64,000 nucleotides of DNA from an uncultured Lachnospiraceae bacterium (GTDB taxonomy: Bacteria > Bacillota > Clostridia > Lachnospirales > Lachnospiraceae). Below, piece by piece: positions 1-12,902 of this stretch. Numbering within the stretch: position 1 is the first letter of the stretch; every line of letters begins with the position of its first letter. The translations under genes and the position numbers were made by a program. The DNA lies in contig CACWLA010000001.1 in the NCBI GenBank assembly GCA_902761665.1, positions 20,890-84,889 on the forward strand. Reading direction: 5' to 3'. The notes under the pieces were generated by a model. That model was not told the origin of the DNA. It was given only the letters and a program-made list of their open reading frames with translations, and ran no database searches.

Positions 1-183
1 CTGGCGGCTAAACTGCAGGGCTTCATTACGGCGCACTACTATACCTGCACGAAGGAAATCCTAAGCGGTCTGGGAAAGGTCTACGCCGCCGGCGGGGAGT
101 TTACCGAAAACATCGATAAGGCAGGAGGCGAAGGGACCGCCGCGTTTGCCGCCGCCGCGATCGAGGAATACTGCAGGAAATAG
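1..183 (+). CDS. 3' end of a MerR-family regulator (TipAS-like C-terminal effector domain); 5' part off-window
   Basis: Frame +1 reads ...GFITAHYYTCTKEILSGLGKVYAAGGEFTENIDKAGGEGTAAFAAAAIEEYCRK, stop TAG 181-183. The Y..(D/G)..F..NID..G.G...F motif matches my memory of TipAS/Mta C-termini. A strong hairpin follows. Confidence 0.5.
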   Translation: MAAKLQGFITAHYYTCTKEILSGLGKVYAAGGEFTENIDKAGGEGTAAFAAAAIEEYCRK

Positions 184-199
184 GAAAACGGTCTCGTGA

Positions 200-251
200 G
201 GAAAAGGAAGCGGCAGCCGCCCCGGAGGGGGCGGCTGCCGCTTCCTTTTCC
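200..251. terminator. Long perfect GC hairpin between convergent genes (bidirectional terminator candidate)
   Basis: GGAAAAGGAAGCGGCAGCCGCCCC - loop - GGGGCGGCTGCCGCTTCCTTTTCC, a 24-bp perfect stem between the MerR-like stop (183) and the fumC stop (267). Confidence 0.8.
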
Positions 252-266
252 TATGGGTCCGGACGG

Positions 267-1637
267 TCACGTCATTTCTTCGGGGTGAAAGACGCTGTCG
301 AATTCGTCGGCTGTCATGAAGCCGAGCTCCAGGCAGGCCTGCCGTAACGTCAGATCCTCCTCCCCGGCTTTCCGGGCGATCTGCGCAGCCTTTTCATACC
401 CGACGTGCGGGCTGAGCGCCGTGACGGTCATCAGCGTCCGGTCCACATACGCCTTCATCTGTTCCGGAACGGGCCGCATGCCGGAGACGCAGCGCTCATC
501 GAAGGAGCGGATGGCGTCGGCAAGCAGCCGTACGGACTGCAGATAGTCGTAAATGATGACGGGCATGTACGTGTTCAGCTGCAGCTGCCCTTGAGAAGCC
601 GCGAGGCCGACGGTCACGTCGTTGCCCATGACCTGAGCGGCGGCCATGGTCACGGCCTCGCACTGCGTCGGATTGACCTTTCCGGGCATGATGGAGGAGC
701 CGGGCTCGTTGGCCGGGATCCGGATCTCGCCGAGGCCGCAGCGCGGTCCGCTCGCGAGCAGGCGGACATCGTTCGCGATCTTCATCAGGTCGGCGGCAAG
801 CGCCTTCAGCGCACCGTGGGAGAAGACCAGTTCATTTTTGAAAGCCAGGGCACGGAACTTGTTTTCCGCAGGGATGAAATGAGATCCCGTCAGCCGGGAG
901 ACTTCGGCGGCGACCGCCCGGTCAAAGCCCTCAGGCGCATTCAGCCCGGTCCCGACGGCGGTGCCTCCCGCGGCGAGGGCGCGAAGCGGTTCCAGCGAAG
1001 CAAGGAGCATCTGCCGGTCGCTTTCCATCGCGGCTCTCCAGCCGGAGATCTCCTGGGAAAAATGCATCGGAACGGCGTCCTGCAGGTGCGTGCGGCCGCA
1101 TTTGAGGATCTCCCGGTTTTCTTCCTCGAGCCGTTGAATGCTGCGGATGAAGCCGTTCAGCGCCGGCAGAAGAGCCTGCTCCAGGAGGAGGACCGCCGCG
1201 ACGTGCATGGCGGACGGGAAGATGTCATTCGAGGACTGAGACATGTTGACGTCGTCATTCGGGTGCAGAAGTTTTTTACCTGCCAGTTCATTTGCCCGGT
1301 TCGCGATCACCTCGTTCACGTTCATGTTTGTCTGCGTGCCGCTTCCGGTCTGCCAGATTACGAGAGGAAAATTTTCTTTCAAATTCCCGCTTATTGCTTC
1401 ATCGCATGCGGCAATCAGAGGAAATAACTTCTCCTGTGTCATCCTGTCGGGGATGAAGAGAAAATTGGCCGTCGCGGCGGCGCGCTTCAGCACAGCAAGC
1501 GCGCAGATGACTTCCTCCGGCATTTTTTCCGTGCCGATGGGGAAGTTCCGGCGGGAGCGCTCGGTCTGCGCACCCCAGTATTTATCGGCGGGGACCGTAA
1601 CCGGTCCCAGACTGTCGTGTTCGATCCGTTCTGTCAT
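267..1637 (-). CDS. fumC: Class II fumarate hydratase
   Basis: 456 aa. DSLGPVTVPADKYWGAQTERS N-terminus, WQTGSGTQTNMNVNEV, ASGPRCGLGEIRIP, and the fumarase-type signature GSSIMPGKVNPTQCEA. Collinear with E. coli FumC as I remember it. Confidence 0.93.
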   Translation of the reverse strand: MTERIEHDSLGPVTVPADKYWGAQTERSRRNFPIGTEKMPEEVICALAVLKRAAATANFLFIPDRMTQEKLFPLIAACDEAISGNLKENFPLVIWQTGSGTQTNMNVNEVIANRANELAGKKLLHPNDDVNMSQSSNDIFPSAMHVAAVLLLEQALLPALNGFIRSIQRLEEENREILKCGRTHLQDAVPMHFSQEISGWRAAMESDRQMLLASLEPLRALAAGGTAVGTGLNAPEGFDRAVAAEVSRLTGSHFIPAENKFRALAFKNELVFSHGALKALAADLMKIANDVRLLASGPRCGLGEIRIPANEPGSSIMPGKVNPTQCEAVTMAAAQVMGNDVTVGLAASQGQLQLNTYMPVIIYDYLQSVRLLADAIRSFDERCVSGMRPVPEQMKAYVDRTLMTVTALSPHVGYEKAAQIARKAGEEDLTLRQACLELGFMTADEFDSVFHPEEMT

Positions 1638-1646
1638 GGCTTCCCA

Positions 1647-3062
1647 CTATACCGTGATCTCCGCGTCGGCCGGGCCTGCGCCGTCGATCTTCGGCCGGAC
1701 CGCCGCGAGAAATTCCTCCACCTGTTCGGGGCAGCGTCCGATATAACGCTCCGGCTCCAACAGGGCGTCGATCTCTTCCTTCGAAAGGCCGAATTCCCCT
1801 GCCGCAGCGAGCCGTTCAGGCAGATCGCAGACGCCTTCTTCCTTCATCCGCGCAGCGGCCTCCATGGAAGCAGCCCGGATCACTTCATGCAGGGCCTGCC
1901 TGTCGCCGCCCTTCTTGACGGCTTCCATCAGGAGGTTTTCCGTCGCGATGAACGGGAGGTTCTCCTGCAGGTTCCGGCGGATCACGGCTTCATTGACCTG
2001 AAGGCCTGAGACGACGTTCTGCGCGAGGCGAAGGATCGCGTCCGCGCAGAGGAAAGCTTCCGGCAGGGCAATGCGGCGGCCGGCCGAATCGTCCAGCGTA
2101 CGCTCCAGCCACTGCACGGAGGCTGTCATGGCTCCGCTCAGGGCGTCCCCGATCAGATAACGTGCCAGGGAACAGATGCGTTCGCAGCGCATGGGATTCC
2201 GTTTGTAAGCCATGGCCGAAGAGCCGATCTGATGCGTCCCGAACGGCTCCTCCAGCTGTCTGTCATGCTGCAGCAGGCGGATGTCCGTAGCCATTTTGTG
2301 CAGACTCTGCGCGATCGACGAGAGACAGTTCAGGATCCTGCTGTCCAGCTTGCGCGGGTAGGTCTGGCCACAGACGGCAAAGCATTCCGCAAAGCCGAAA
2401 GCCGCAGCGAGGCGCCGGTTCAGTTCGATGATCTTCGCTTCGTCGCCGTCAAATAGCTCCAGGAGACTGGCCTCCGTTCCGGTCGCCCCGCGGCAGCCGA
2501 GAAAACGGATCCCGTCCAGGACCTGATCGAGCTCGTCCAGATCCATGAGAAGATCCTGCATCCAGAGCGCGGCGCGCTTTCCCACGGTCACCGGCTGAGC
2601 CGGCTGGTAATGCGTAAAGCCGAGAGCCGGCAGCGCCTTGTACCTTCCCGCGAAATCAGCCAATGCGGACAGCGTCTTCAGGAGTTCCTCCCGAAGATAC
2701 CGCAGGCCGTCCCGGTAAAGGATCAGGTCGGCGTTGTCGGTCACGTAGCAGCTGGTTGCGCCGAGATGGATGATCCCGGCCGCGCCGGGCGCCGCCTTGC
2801 CGTAGGTGTAGACATGGGCCATGACGTCGTGCCGGACCTCTTTTTCACGAGCCTTCGCGCAGTCAAAATCGATGTCCGAAACATGCGCGGCAAGCTCATT
2901 GACCTGCTCTTCGGATACAGGCAGGCCCAGCTCATGCTGCGCCCTTGCAAGTTCGGTCCAGAGCTTCCTCCAGGTCTCGATGCGCTTTTGCTGCGAAAAA
3001 AGCTTCAGTATCCGCTCGGAGGCGTAGCGGCCGGCGAGCGGCGATTCGTAGATGTCAACCAT
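1647..3062 (-). CDS. purB: Adenylosuccinate lyase
   Basis: Tracked ORF is 1647-3092. Preferred start is ATG 3062 (GAGGAG 7 nt upstream), giving MVDIYESPLAGRYAS.... Fumarate-lyase superfamily with SSAMAYKRNPMRCERI motif. Confidence 0.9.
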   Translation of the reverse strand: MVDIYESPLAGRYASERILKLFSQQKRIETWRKLWTELARAQHELGLPVSEEQVNELAAHVSDIDFDCAKAREKEVRHDVMAHVYTYGKAAPGAAGIIHLGATSCYVTDNADLILYRDGLRYLREELLKTLSALADFAGRYKALPALGFTHYQPAQPVTVGKRAALWMQDLLMDLDELDQVLDGIRFLGCRGATGTEASLLELFDGDEAKIIELNRRLAAAFGFAECFAVCGQTYPRKLDSRILNCLSSIAQSLHKMATDIRLLQHDRQLEEPFGTHQIGSSAMAYKRNPMRCERICSLARYLIGDALSGAMTASVQWLERTLDDSAGRRIALPEAFLCADAILRLAQNVVSGLQVNEAVIRRNLQENLPFIATENLLMEAVKKGGDRQALHEVIRAASMEAAARMKEEGVCDLPERLAAAGEFGLSKEEIDALLEPERYIGRCPEQVEEFLAAVRPKIDGAGPADAEITV

Positions 3063-3088
3063 AAGCAGACTCCTCTTGTTTTTCGTGA

Positions 3089-4537
3089 TCATGCTTCATC
3101 GTGGATCTTGTGTTCAAAGCGGTCCTTTTCGCCTTCCGCGGGAACGGACGTCGGGTATCCGCCGCCGAAGCAGGCCGTGCAGAAGCCGCTGTCCCGGCCG
3201 GTCAGGAGCCGTGCATTCTCCAAACTCAGGTATCCCAGCGAATCGGCGCCGATGCTCTCCCCGATCTCGCTGACGCTGTGGTGATTCGCGATCAGCCGGT
3301 CCGTGCTGTCGATGTCCGTTCCGTAATAGCATGGCGCGACGAAGGGCGGTGCGCTGACCCGCATGTGGATCGCGGCGGCGCCGGCAAGGCGCAGCCGTTC
3401 AACGATCCGGCGGCTGGTCGTCCCGCGCACGATAGAATCGTCGATCAGAACGATGCGTTTGCCCTCCACCACGCTGCGGATCGGATTGAGCTTCAGCTCA
3501 ACGCCGGACTCCCGTTCATCCTGAGTCGGCGCGATGAAGGTCCGGCCGATGTATTTGTTCTTGGTGAAACCGATCGCGTAGGGGATCCCGGAGGCGGCGG
3601 CATAGCCGAGGGCAGCGTCCAGACCGGAATCCGGAACACCGATCACGACGTCGGCCTCTACCGGATGCTGCTCTGCCAGAAAAGCGCCGGCCTGCTGCCG
3701 GGCAAGGCACACGCTGCTGCCGTCGATGACGGAATCAGGCCGGGCAAAATAGATGTATTCGAAGACGCAGAGACGGCGCGGCTTCCTTCCGCAGAAGCGG
3801 GTATCCGAACGGAGACCGTTTTCATCCGCCGTGACGATCTCTCCGGGGAGTACGTCCCGGACGAAGGCGGCACCGACGGCATCCAACGCGCAGCTTTCCG
3901 AGGCAAAGACGATCATGCCGTCCGGCCGCCTGCCGATGCAAAGGGGACGGAAGCCGAAGGGATCGCGGACTGCGGTCAGTTTGGACGGGGACGCGATCAC
4001 CAGCGAGTAGGCGCCTTCCAGCGTCTTCATGGCTGCCGCGGCCGCTTCCTCGATACTGTCCGTCCTCAGCCGCTCGCGCACGATACGGTAGGCGATCACC
4101 TCAGAATCCGTGGTGGAGTGGAAGATGGCGCCGGCCTCCTCCAGCTCATCCCTGAGCGGTCCGCAGTTCGTCAGGTTCCCGTTGTGCGCCAGCGCCATGA
4201 CGCCTTTCCGGTGATTGATCAGGAGCGGCTGTATGTTCCGGCGGCTGTCCGTGCCGGTCGTCGCGTAGCGTACATGCCCGACGGCGATCTTTCCCGGCCC
4301 GAGGGAGGCGAAATGCTCTCCCGAAAAGACTTCGCTGACCAGTCCCGGTCCGCGGCAGGAATGAAAGACGCCGTCGTCGTTGATCACGATCCCGGCGCTT
4401 TCCTGGCCGCGGTGCTGCAGGGCAAACAGGCCGCTGTAGACAAGATGCGCAAGCGCTGTCCTTTCCGGAGACCAGAGACCGAAAACGCCGCATTCATCGT
4501 GGATCTCGGCAGTTTCCGAAAAGGCAGCCCCGCTCAT
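3089..4537 (-). CDS. purF: Amidophosphoribosyltransferase
   Basis: Short propeptide then CGVFGLWS (Ntn catalytic Cys). PRTase motif [14 protein letters not shown]-terminal Cys residues typical of the Fe-S type enzyme. Confidence 0.93.
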   Translation of the reverse strand: MSGAAFSETAEIHDECGVFGLWSPERTALAHLVYSGLFALQHRGQESAGIVINDDGVFHSCRGPGLVSEVFSGEHFASLGPGKIAVGHVRYATTGTDSRRNIQPLLINHRKGVMALAHNGNLTNCGPLRDELEEAGAIFHSTTDSEVIAYRIVRERLRTDSIEEAAAAAMKTLEGAYSLVIASPSKLTAVRDPFGFRPLCIGRRPDGMIVFASESCALDAVGAAFVRDVLPGEIVTADENGLRSDTRFCGRKPRRLCVFEYIYFARPDSVIDGSSVCLARQQAGAFLAEQHPVEADVVIGVPDSGLDAALGYAAASGIPYAIGFTKNKYIGRTFIAPTQDERESGVELKLNPIRSVVEGKRIVLIDDSIVRGTTSRRIVERLRLAGAAAIHMRVSAPPFVAPCYYGTDIDSTDRLIANHHSVSEIGESIGADSLGYLSLENARLLTGRDSGFCTACFGGGYPTSVPAEGEKDRFEHKIHDEA

Positions 4538-5244
4538 CCGGCAGCCCTCAGGCGCCGCATGATCTCCCTGTAGGCATCCTCGACGCCGCCGAGATCACGG
4601 CGGAAGCGGTCCTTGTCCAGCTTCTCCCCGGTCCGGCTGTCCCAGAGGCGGCAGGTGTCCGGGCTGATCTCGTCCGCGAGGACGATGCTGCCGTCGGCAA
4701 GCCTTCCGAATTCCAGTTTGAAATCCACCAGCGTCACGCCGCAGCCTGCCCAGAAACGGCGCAGTTCGTCATTGACCTTCAGCGCCATGGATTTGATCCG
4801 TTCGATCTCTTCAGGTGTTGCCAGCTTCAGCGCGAGCACGTGGGAATCGGTGATCAGCGGGTCGGCCAGAGCGTCGTTCTTGTAGGAAAACTCGAGTGTC
4901 GGCGCGTCAAAGATGATTCCTTCCTCCACGCCGTAGCGCTTGGCAAAGGAACCGGCGGAAATGTTCCGGACGATCACCTCCAGCGGGACGATGGTGACTC
5001 TTTTCACCAGGGTATCCCGTTCGGAGAGCTGGCGGATGAAATGCGTCGGCACGCCGGCGGCCTCCAGCCGCTGCATCAGGGCGTTGGTCATCTGGTTGTT
5101 GATCACGCCTTTTCCCGCGATGGTGCCTTTCTTCAGGCCGTTGAAAGCGGTGGCGTCATCCTTGTAGGAGACGATCAGCTGCTCGGGGTCCTCGGTGGAA
5201 TAGACTTTCTTGGCTTTGCCTTCGTAGATCATTTCTTTCTTCAT
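4534..5244 (-). CDS. purC: SAICAR synthetase
   Basis: 236 aa, [20 protein letters not shown]...[11 protein letters not shown]. Its stop overlaps the purF start by 4 nt (4534-4537). Confidence 0.93.
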   Translation of the reverse strand: MKKEMIYEGKAKKVYSTEDPEQLIVSYKDDATAFNGLKKGTIAGKGVINNQMTNALMQRLEAAGVPTHFIRQLSERDTLVKRVTIVPLEVIVRNISAGSFAKRYGVEEGIIFDAPTLEFSYKNDALADPLITDSHVLALKLATPEEIERIKSMALKVNDELRRFWAGCGVTLVDFKLEFGRLADGSIVLADEISPDTCRLWDSRTGEKLDKDRFRRDLGGVEDAYREIMRRLRAAG

Positions 5245-5290
5245 GGCTTTCTTCCTTCAAAAACGGTGATATCTGAACCGAAGTTTCGCA

Positions 5291-6565
5291 TTAACAGCGG
5301 ATGATCGCGTCCCGTTCGGCGCCGACCGAGACGTATTTCACGGGGCAGCCGACGGCGTTCTCAATGAGGAGGACGTAGTCCCGCGCGGCCTTCGGCAGGT
5401 CCTCAAAGCGGCGGACGGCGGAAATGTCGCAGCCCCAGCCCGGCACCTTAAGGATGACCGGCTCGGCCTCGTCCAGGAGGGAAGGGAACGGGAAACGCTC
5501 TGTCACTTCGCCGCGGATCCGGTAGCCGGTGCAGACCGGGATGGTCTCCATGTAGCTTAAGACGTCCAGTTTGGTCACGGCGATCGCTGTCGTACCCTGC
5601 ACTTCGGCGCCGTAGCGCGTCGCGACGAGGTCGAGCGCGCCCACGCGGCGGGGACGGCCCGTCTTCGCGCCGTATTCCGCGCCGGCTTCGCGAAGAAGCG
5701 CCGCTTCCTCCCCGAACATCTCGCTCACGAAAGGCCCCTCGCCCACGCAGGTGGAGTAAGCCTTGACGACGCCGATGACTTCACCGGCCGCGCAGGCCGG
5801 AAGACCGGCGCCGACCGGCGCGTAGGCCGCCAGCGTATTGGAAGACGTGGTATAGGGATAGATCCCGAAATCGAGGTCGCGCAGGGCACCGAGCTGGGCT
5901 TCAAAGAGGATCCGTTTTCCTGTTTTTTCGCTTTCGCGCAGGTACGCGCCGGTATCGCAGAGGAACGGGCGGATCTTCCCGCAGCAATCACGGATCCATT
6001 CCGCGAGCGCTTCCCGGGGGTACGGCTCCGCGCCGTAAACACCCGTGAGGGTCAGGTTCTTCCACTCCCGCAGCTCCTCCAGATGGGCGGCAAAGCGCTC
6101 CGGATCGACCATCTCCCCGGCCATCGCGGTCTTTTTCTGATACTTATCGGAGTAAAACGGCGCGATGCCCTGCTTCGTGGAACCGTATTTCTTATCCGCC
6201 AGGCGGGCTTCCTCCAGTTCGTCCTGCAGACGGTGCCAGGGCAGGAGGAGGGAGGCACGGTCGCTGATCTTCAGATTGTCAGGTGTGACGGCAATGCCCC
6301 GCGCGCGAAGATCATCGATCTCCTGCAGGAGGTTTTCCGGATCCAGCGCGACGCCGTTGCCGAGGATGTTCACGACGCCTTCGCGGAAGATCCCCGAAGG
6401 AACCAGATGCAGGGCAAACCGGCCCCTGTCATTGACGACGGTATGGCCGGCATTCCCGCCGCCCTGGCAGCGGACCACGATATCGCATTCTTCCGTCAGC
6501 AGGTCGACCATGCGGCCCTTTCCTTCATCACCCCAGTTCACGCCGACGACGGCTAAGCTGCTCAT
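5291..6565 (-). CDS. purA: Adenylosuccinate synthetase
   Basis: Start moved to ATG 6565 (MSSLAVVGVNWGDEGKGRMVDLL, GGAGC RBS). The 57 upstream codons of the tracked ORF are Arg-rich and overlap the glnA 3' end. GDEGKG P-loop present. Confidence 0.92.
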   Translation of the reverse strand: MSSLAVVGVNWGDEGKGRMVDLLTEECDIVVRCQGGGNAGHTVVNDRGRFALHLVPSGIFREGVVNILGNGVALDPENLLQEIDDLRARGIAVTPDNLKISDRASLLLPWHRLQDELEEARLADKKYGSTKQGIAPFYSDKYQKKTAMAGEMVDPERFAAHLEELREWKNLTLTGVYGAEPYPREALAEWIRDCCGKIRPFLCDTGAYLRESEKTGKRILFEAQLGALRDLDFGIYPYTTSSNTLAAYAPVGAGLPACAAGEVIGVVKAYSTCVGEGPFVSEMFGEEAALLREAGAEYGAKTGRPRRVGALDLVATRYGAEVQGTTAIAVTKLDVLSYMETIPVCTGYRIRGEVTERFPFPSLLDEAEPVILKVPGWGCDISAVRRFEDLPKAARDYVLLIENAVGCPVKYVSVGAERDAIIRC

Positions 6566-6582
6566 CTTTGCTCCTTTCCCGA

Positions 6583-8646
<2,064 letters not shown>

Positions 8647-8656
8647 GGGTACCTCC

Positions 8657-10192
8657 TTATTCGAGTTCCACCGTGGCCGGGGGCTTGGATGAAACGTCAT
8701 AGACGACGCGGTTTATGCCGCTTACTTCATTGATGATGCGCGCCGAAGCCTCTGCGAGCAGTTCCCAGGGAAGGCGCGCGAAATCGGCAGTCATGAAATC
8801 CTCGGTGCAGACCGCCCGGAGGATCGCCGTGCGGCCGTAGGTGCGGGAATCTCCCATGACGCCGACCGTCCGCATGTCGCTGAGCGCCGCGAAATACTGG
8901 TCGGTCTGCCCTTTCATGCCGCCCTTTTCCATGACTTCGCGGAAAACGGCGTCGGCCTCGCGGACGATGTTCAGCTTCTCCTCCGTGACCTCGCCGATCA
9001 CCCGGATGGCGAGGCCCGGACCGGGGAAGGGCTGCCTTGAAACGATCTCTTCAGGGACGCCGAGCGCCCTTCCGAGCGTGCGGACCTCATCCTTGAAGAG
9101 GACGCGCAGCGGCTCCAGGATCCCCTTGAAACCGATCTCGGCGGGCAGCCCGCCCACGTTGTGGTGGCTCTTGATCACGGCCCCGCCGGCTTCTCCCGAT
9201 TCGATGACGTCCGGGTAAATGGTGCCCTGCGCAAGATATTCGATGCTGCCGAGTTTCTGTGCCTCTTCGGTGAAAACTTTGATGAATTCCGCGCCGATGG
9301 TGTGCCGCTTTGCTTCCGGCTCGGAAATGCCTTCCAGGGCCTTCAGGAAGCGCGGTCCCGCATCAACCATGCGGAAATCCATGTCCTGCGCGGAAAAGTA
9401 ACGGCAGACCGCTTCGCTTTCGCCCTTCCGCATGAAGCCGTGGTCAACGTAGACGCAGGAGAGCTGCCTGCCGACCGCATTGCCGAGAAGGACGGAAGCG
9501 ACGGCTGAGTCGACGCCGCCGGAAAGCGCCAGCAGCACGCGCCCGCTCCCGACTTTTTCGCGGATCTCACGGATCGCTTCTTCCGCGAAGCCCTCCATGC
9601 TCCAGCCGCCCCGCGCGCCGCAGATCCCGTAAAGGAAGTTTTTCAGGATCTCCTGCCCGTATTCCGTGTGCCGCACTTCGGGATGGAACTGCAGGCCGTA
9701 GAGGCGGCGTGCCGGATCGCCGAAGCCGGCGGCCGGGCAGTGCGGGGTCTGCGCGAGGCTGACGAACCCTTCCGGCAGGACCTTTACGAAATCGCCGTGG
9801 CTCATCCAGCTGGAGAACTCGGCGGGAAGGGAGGCGAAAAGCGGGGAGCTGCCGCAGTGTGTCGGCGTGCGGCCGTATTCGCGGGCGCCGTCTGCCTGCG
9901 CCGGACGTACCCATCCGCCGAGAAGCTGCACCATCAGCTGGCAGCCGTAACAGATCCCGAGGACCGGGATGCCCTCCCGGAGGAGGCGCGGGTCCATCGT
10001 CGGGGCGCCTTCTTCATAGACGCTTGCCGGCCCGCCGGAGAGAATGATCCCGACCGGCTTCTTTGCGAGCACGCTTTCCGCGGCGGCCGTCCACGGCAGC
10101 ACTTCGCAGTAGACGCCGGCCTCGCGCACCCTGCGTGCGATCAGTTGGCTGTACTGCCCGCCGAAATCGATGATGATCACGGTCTCCCTCAT
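8657..10192 (-). CDS. guaA: GMP synthase (glutamine-hydrolysing)
   Basis: [19 protein letters not shown] GATase N-terminus, SGGVDS ATP-PPase motif, conserved C-terminal dimerisation domain ending ...PPATVELE. Confidence 0.95.
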   Translation of the reverse strand: MRETVIIIDFGGQYSQLIARRVREAGVYCEVLPWTAAAESVLAKKPVGIILSGGPASVYEEGAPTMDPRLLREGIPVLGICYGCQLMVQLLGGWVRPAQADGAREYGRTPTHCGSSPLFASLPAEFSSWMSHGDFVKVLPEGFVSLAQTPHCPAAGFGDPARRLYGLQFHPEVRHTEYGQEILKNFLYGICGARGGWSMEGFAEEAIREIREKVGSGRVLLALSGGVDSAVASVLLGNAVGRQLSCVYVDHGFMRKGESEAVCRYFSAQDMDFRMVDAGPRFLKALEGISEPEAKRHTIGAEFIKVFTEEAQKLGSIEYLAQGTIYPDVIESGEAGGAVIKSHHNVGGLPAEIGFKGILEPLRVLFKDEVRTLGRALGVPEEIVSRQPFPGPGLAIRVIGEVTEEKLNIVREADAVFREVMEKGGMKGQTDQYFAALSDMRTVGVMGDSRTYGRTAILRAVCTEDFMTADFARLPWELLAEASARIINEVSGINRVVYDVSSKPPATVELE

Positions 10193-11787
10193 CTAAGACT
10201 CCTTTCCTGCGCCGCGCGGATAAAGGCGGCGAACAGCGGGTGGGGGCGGTTCGGCCGGCTCAGGAATTCCGGATGGAACTGCACGCCGACGAACCACGGC
10301 CCGTCCGCCCGTTCCACGATCTCGACCAGCGTGCCGTCGGGTGAGAGGCCGGAGAGCCGCATGCCGCCCTCTTCGAAGGCATCCCGGTAAGCGTTGGCAA
10401 ATTCATAGCGGTGGCGGTGCCTTTCGGAAATGAAGTCCGTCCCGTAGGCCTTTGCCGCCAGACTTCCCGCTGTAAGGCGGCAGGGCCAGGCGCCGAGGCG
10501 CATCGTCCCGCCCTTGTCGATGATATGTTTCTGGTCCGGCATGAGGTCGATGACCGGATGCGCGGTATTTTCGTCAAATTCCGTGGAGTTCGCGTCCGCA
10601 AAGCCGAGGACGTTCCGGGCAAATTCGATCACCGCGATCTGCATGCCGAGGCAGATGCCGAAGTAGGGGATGCCGCGCTCTCTGGCGAAGCGGGCGGCCG
10701 TGATCATGCCTTCCGTGCCGCGGCTCCCGAAGCCGCCGGGTACCAGGATCCCGTCGCAGCCTCCGAGGATCCCGGCAGCATTTTCCTCTGTCACCGTCTC
10801 GGAATCGGTCCACTGAATGTCGGCCTTCACACCGGCAGCTGCCGCTGCATGGTGCAGGGCTTCTTCAATGCTGAGGTACGCGTCGTGCAGCTGCACGTAT
10901 TTGCCGACGAGCGCGATCCTGAGCGTGCCCTCAGCGCCGCGGATGCGTTCCACCATGGCCTGCCATTCCGCAAGATCCGGCTTTTTCTGCGGCAGATCCA
11001 GTTTCCGGCAGACGGTCTCCGCCAGGCCTTCCTCCTCCAGCATCAGGGGCACCGCATAGATCGTGTCGGCCGTCAGGTTCTCGATCACGGCATCCTTGTC
11101 GATATTGCACAGGAGCGCGATCTTATCACGGATATCTTCCGAAAGCGGCTGGTTCGAGCGGCAGACCAGGATGTCCGGCTTGATGCCTGCGGCCTGCAGT
11201 TCGCGTACGGAGTGCTGTACCGGCTTGCTTTTCAGTTCGCCGCTGCCCGGGATCTCCACGACCAGAGGTACGTGAATGAAGCAGACGTTTTCCCGGCCCT
11301 GCTCGGCGGCCACCTGGCGGATCGCTTCCAGATACGGCTGGCTTTCGATGTCGCCGACGGTGCCGCCGATCTCGCAGACCGCAGCATCCAGGCCCTTGCC
11401 GGCCATTGCGTAAATATTCTGTTTGATCTCATCGGTGATGTGGGGGATGATCTGAACGGTGTGTCCGAGATAGCCGCCCTGCCGTTCCCGGTTCAGGACG
11501 TTCCAGTAGATTTTTCCGGAAGAGACGGAAGAGTCGGCGCTCAGCGCCTCATCGGCAAAGCGCTCGTAATGTCCGAGGTCGAGGTCGGTCTCCGCACCGT
11601 CGTCGGTCACGAAGACCTCTCCGTGCTGGTAGGGACTCATCGTCCCCGGGTCGACGTTCAGGTAGGGGTCGAATTTCTGGTTCTGCACCTTGAAGCCTCT
11701 GGCCTTCAGCAGCCTTGCCAGAGAAGAGGCGCATATCCCCTTGCCAAGCCCGGATACGACGCCTCCTGTCACAAAAATGTATTTCAT
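10189..11787 (-). CDS. pyrG: CTP synthase
   Basis: Start ATG 11787 ([17 protein letters not shown]). GATase domain with GICLGMQ. Its stop overlaps the guaA start (ATGA, 10189-10192). Confidence 0.95.
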   Translation of the reverse strand: MKYIFVTGGVVSGLGKGICASSLARLLKARGFKVQNQKFDPYLNVDPGTMSPYQHGEVFVTDDGAETDLDLGHYERFADEALSADSSVSSGKIYWNVLNRERQGGYLGHTVQIIPHITDEIKQNIYAMAGKGLDAAVCEIGGTVGDIESQPYLEAIRQVAAEQGRENVCFIHVPLVVEIPGSGELKSKPVQHSVRELQAAGIKPDILVCRSNQPLSEDIRDKIALLCNIDKDAVIENLTADTIYAVPLMLEEEGLAETVCRKLDLPQKKPDLAEWQAMVERIRGAEGTLRIALVGKYVQLHDAYLSIEEALHHAAAAAGVKADIQWTDSETVTEENAAGILGGCDGILVPGGFGSRGTEGMITAARFARERGIPYFGICLGMQIAVIEFARNVLGFADANSTEFDENTAHPVIDLMPDQKHIIDKGGTMRLGAWPCRLTAGSLAAKAYGTDFISERHRHRYEFANAYRDAFEEGGMRLSGLSPDGTLVEIVERADGPWFVGVQFHPEFLSRPNRPHPLFAAFIRAAQERSLR

Positions 11788-11879
11788 TGCCTTGCTCCTG
11801 TCAGACGGATCCTGACTGCACCGGCGCGTCCGAAAGACGCCGCCGCGAAAAATAAAAAACACTTCTGCAGTTTACCATA

Positions 11880-11908
11880 TTGACCGGAGGAAACAAAATA
11901 TATATAAT
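11880..11908 (+). promoter_or_regulatory. Sigma-70-type promoter for the LysR gene
   Basis: TTGACC (11880-11885), 17-nt spacer, TATAAT (11903-11908), in the AT-rich divergent region 58 nt upstream of ATG 11966. Confidence 0.55.
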
Positions 11909-11965
11909 ATTGGCAAATCAATACGATTTGCATATGATAAAACCGGAAAACGAGGAGATAAGCCA

Positions 11966-12841
11966 ATGGAATTGCGCACGCTTCGCTATTTCGTCACCGT
12001 GGCAGAAGAACTGAACATTACCCGGGCAGCCGGCCTTCTGAACATCAGCCAGCCCCCGCTCAGCCAGCAGCTGAAGAATCTGGAGGAAGAACTGGATACC
12101 GTCCTGTTCATCCGGGGGAAGCGCCGGCTGGAACTCACCGAATCCGGAAAAATGCTTTATCAGCGTGCCAAGGACATTCTGAGCCTCTCGGAAAAGACGG
12201 AGGCGGAGATCCGCTCGCTGAAGGCCGGGATGACCGGGACCGTATCCATCGGCCTCGTGGAAGGCATGGCGCCGGACATCGCGGCCGAATGGTTCGCAGG
12301 TTTCCTGAAAGAGCACCCGCAGGTACGTTTCCGCATCCTCGACGGCAACAGTGACGACCTGATCGAGAAAATGCGCGGCGGTCTGATCGGCCTCGCGGTG
12401 ATCACGGCGCCCTACGACCAGCAGCTCCTGAACAGCTTTCAGGTGGGGCAGGAGAGGATGGCGGCGCTGATGCGCCGCGACCATCCGCTGGCGGAGCGGG
12501 AAAGCCTGAGCGCCGAAGACCTGCTGCCGGAGCCGCTCATCGTGCCGAGCCGTAAGGCACATGTCGACACGATCCGCCGCTGGTTCCGCGGGACCGGACA
12601 GAATCCCGGGATCATCTGTGAAATGGACAATTATTTGGACGCGGCGGCGCTCGCCGGGCGCGGCGTCGGGATCAGCATTTTCCCGCAGACGGCCTACGTC
12701 ATGAACGATTCGCTCATTCAGAAAGAGATCCTGGCGCCGAATACCGCGGTCGATTATCTTTTTGTCTGGCGGAAAGGACACCAGCTGTCGCTGCTGGAGG
12801 AAACGTTCATCGATTACGTCAAGGCGCAGTACAACGGATAA
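11966..12841 (+). CDS. LysR-family transcriptional regulator
   Basis: MELRTLRYFVTVAEELNITRAAGLLNISQPPLSQQLKNLEEEL wHTH plus substrate-binding domain, 291 aa. GAGGAG RBS. Confidence 0.85.
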   Translation: MELRTLRYFVTVAEELNITRAAGLLNISQPPLSQQLKNLEEELDTVLFIRGKRRLELTESGKMLYQRAKDILSLSEKTEAEIRSLKAGMTGTVSIGLVEGMAPDIAAEWFAGFLKEHPQVRFRILDGNSDDLIEKMRGGLIGLAVITAPYDQQLLNSFQVGQERMAALMRRDHPLAERESLSAEDLLPEPLIVPSRKAHVDTIRRWFRGTGQNPGIICEMDNYLDAAALAGRGVGISIFPQTAYVMNDSLIQKEILAPNTAVDYLFVWRKGHQLSLLEETFIDYVKAQYNG

Positions 12842-12852
12842 CGGTCATGACG

Positions 12853-12880
12853 AAGAGGGCGGCCCTGCGGCCGCCCTCTT
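12853..12880 (+). terminator. Intrinsic terminator after the LysR gene
   Basis: AAGAGGGCGGCC-CTGC-GGCCGCCCTCTT followed by TGCTTTA. Confidence 0.7.
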
Positions 12881-12902
12881 TGCTTTATCCGGAATGATGT
12901 TT

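Noticed and set aside
61-270. 69-aa minus-strand ORF.
   Set aside because: It is made almost entirely of the terminator hairpin and the antisense of the MerR-like gene end. Pro/Arg-rich, no RBS.
11788-11880. B. subtilis-type pyrG attenuator or purine riboswitch in the leader of the nucleotide operon.
   Set aside because: The only notable hairpin (GCGTC-TTTCG-GACGC region) is preceded, not followed, by the T-run on the transcribed strand. No guanine/adenine riboswitch core was seen. Left unresolved rather than called.
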